From assembly GCF_000172995.2 (NCBI RefSeq), contig NC_014729.1:1200001-1232000 (forward strand): a stretch of DNA of 32,000 nt, given 5' to 3'. The position numbers were made by a program, and so were the translations under genes. The stretch's first letter is position 1, and each line of letters begins with the position of its first letter. The stretch is from Halogeometricum borinquense DSM 11551 (GTDB taxonomy: Archaea > Halobacteriota > Halobacteria > Halobacteriales > Haloferacaceae). The notes beneath the pieces were generated by a model, which saw nothing but the letters and a program-made list of their open reading frames with translations, made no database searches and was not told the origin of the DNA. This document shows positions 31,447-32,000 of this stretch, piece after piece.

Positions 31447-31707
31447 CACCGCTACAGACCCAATCTGATTAACTGACACGGTTGGAACTCCTCGCGGAGT
31501 AGTTAGTAACGGCGCTGTTTGACCGTGGTGACTTCCGTGAGCAAAGAGCGACTGCGGTACGCTCCGTCCTAAAACCTACCAAGATGGCTTTATTGAACCT
31601 CCTGTGCGTTGATGCACATATTCTAAGGAGATCTATGAACCCGGTCGGAAGATGGGATCACTTCACATCAACGATTAAGCGCTTGAACCGAACGAGAATG
31701 CTGTTTC

Positions 31708-32000
31708 CTACCCCCGTTCGGCTACAGACAGATAAAGCGCGTAGTTATCAGTCAATTCTCCAGTGTCCCGATCTTCGGTCCGTTGCAGATTGATCTCAAG
31801 CCGTGTCTCTTCTCCTTCGAACTCTAAGAGCGGTTTGAACAGGCTTCCGACTGCTTCAACGAACTCGGGGGCTCCCGTGACTCGAATGTCAGATATCTCG
31901 GTTGCGTATTTGCTCCCCGTGAAGCCGTTCGGTTTCTCGATGACTGACTCTCGAATCTCTTGTTCAGAAGCCTCATCAAGACCACTCAGCCAGTCGATTG
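31708..32000 (-). CDS. Hypothetical protein, C-terminal 96 codons only (its 5' end lies beyond the window)
   Basis: My own minus-strand translation reads ...IDWLSGLDEASEQEIRESVIEKPNGFTGSKYATEISDIRVTGAPEFVEAVGSLFKPLLEFEGEETRLEINLQRTEDRDTGELTDNYALYLSVAERG*, with the stop at 31708..31710. The frame is open to the window edge and the composition is acidic and haloarchaeal. Confidence 0.5.
   Translation of the reverse strand, partial: IDWLSGLDEASEQEIRESVIEKPNGFTGSKYATEISDIRVTGAPEFVEAVGSLFKPLLEFEGEETRLEINLQRTEDRDTGELTDNYALYLSVAERG

Noticed and set aside
31584-31793. A 69-aa plus-strand ORF in the last intergenic region.
   Set aside because: The product is basic and Arg/Leu-rich, unlike the acidic proteome. 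It overlaps the 3' end of the better-looking minus-strand partial ORF (31708..32000).
1-32000. A search for CRISPR arrays, tRNA or rRNA genes, IS elements with terminal inverted repeats, integrases and toxin-antitoxin pairs.
   Set aside because: Scanning every intergenic region by eye found no regularly spaced direct repeats and no tRNA-like cloverleaf candidates. No transposase or integrase motifs appear in any ORF. A computational scan (tRNAscan-SE, CRISPR finders, ISfinder BLAST) would be needed to exclude small or degenerate elements.

Overview
The window looks haloarchaeal. Predicted proteins are strongly acidic, most genes are about 60% GC by spot counts, and AT-rich TATA-like elements sit about 25-30 nt upstream of start codons, which suggests leaderless transcripts. 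It is packed with nucleases and NTPases and contains no housekeeping genes, rRNA, tRNA, CRISPR array, integrase or transposase, so it reads as a defence or accessory island whose borders lie outside the window.

Gene content, left to right:
- (1) 1..10274, minus strand: a tight five-gene operon. It is led by a long Argonaute (pAgo) with an intact DEDD tetrad and an N-terminal OB-fold. It continues with an HKD/PLD nuclease fused to an SF3-like P-loop NTPase, a degenerate SF1 (AddB-like) protein, a Cas4/AddB-type 4-Cys PD-(D/E)XK nuclease and a motif-complete UvrD-type helicase that is cut by the window edge.
- (2) 10533..18644, plus strand: a COG1373-type AAA+ ATPase, a 1674-aa giant with an N-terminal sacsin/NO VEIN-type GHKL ATPase and a C-terminal DUF3883 nuclease-like domain, and a 410-aa PD-(D/E)XK-like protein.
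- (3) 18650..19996: a protein fusing a putative PUA/EVE-like domain to an Mrr-type nuclease.
- (4) 20189..20956: a PolB-exo-like DEDD exonuclease with an apparent 1-nt frameshift inside its ExoIII motif.
- (5) 20989..25828: an SbcD/SbcC-like (YhaO/YhaN-like) pair. The SMC-like ATPase carries a hydrophobic hairpin in the middle of the coiled coil instead of a zinc hook.
- (6) 25962..28033: a low-GC gene for a membrane protein. It lies between a full wHTH-HNH nuclease gene and a diverged 140-nt copy of that gene's 3' end.
- (7) 28108..32000: a small protein, a second metallophosphoesterase, a second GHKL ATPase and a partial ORF.

The strongest candidates for an uncharacterised system are the pAgo plus helicase-nuclease operon and the GHKL-DUF3883 giant with its neighbours. 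All functional calls rest on motifs read by eye. No database search was possible.
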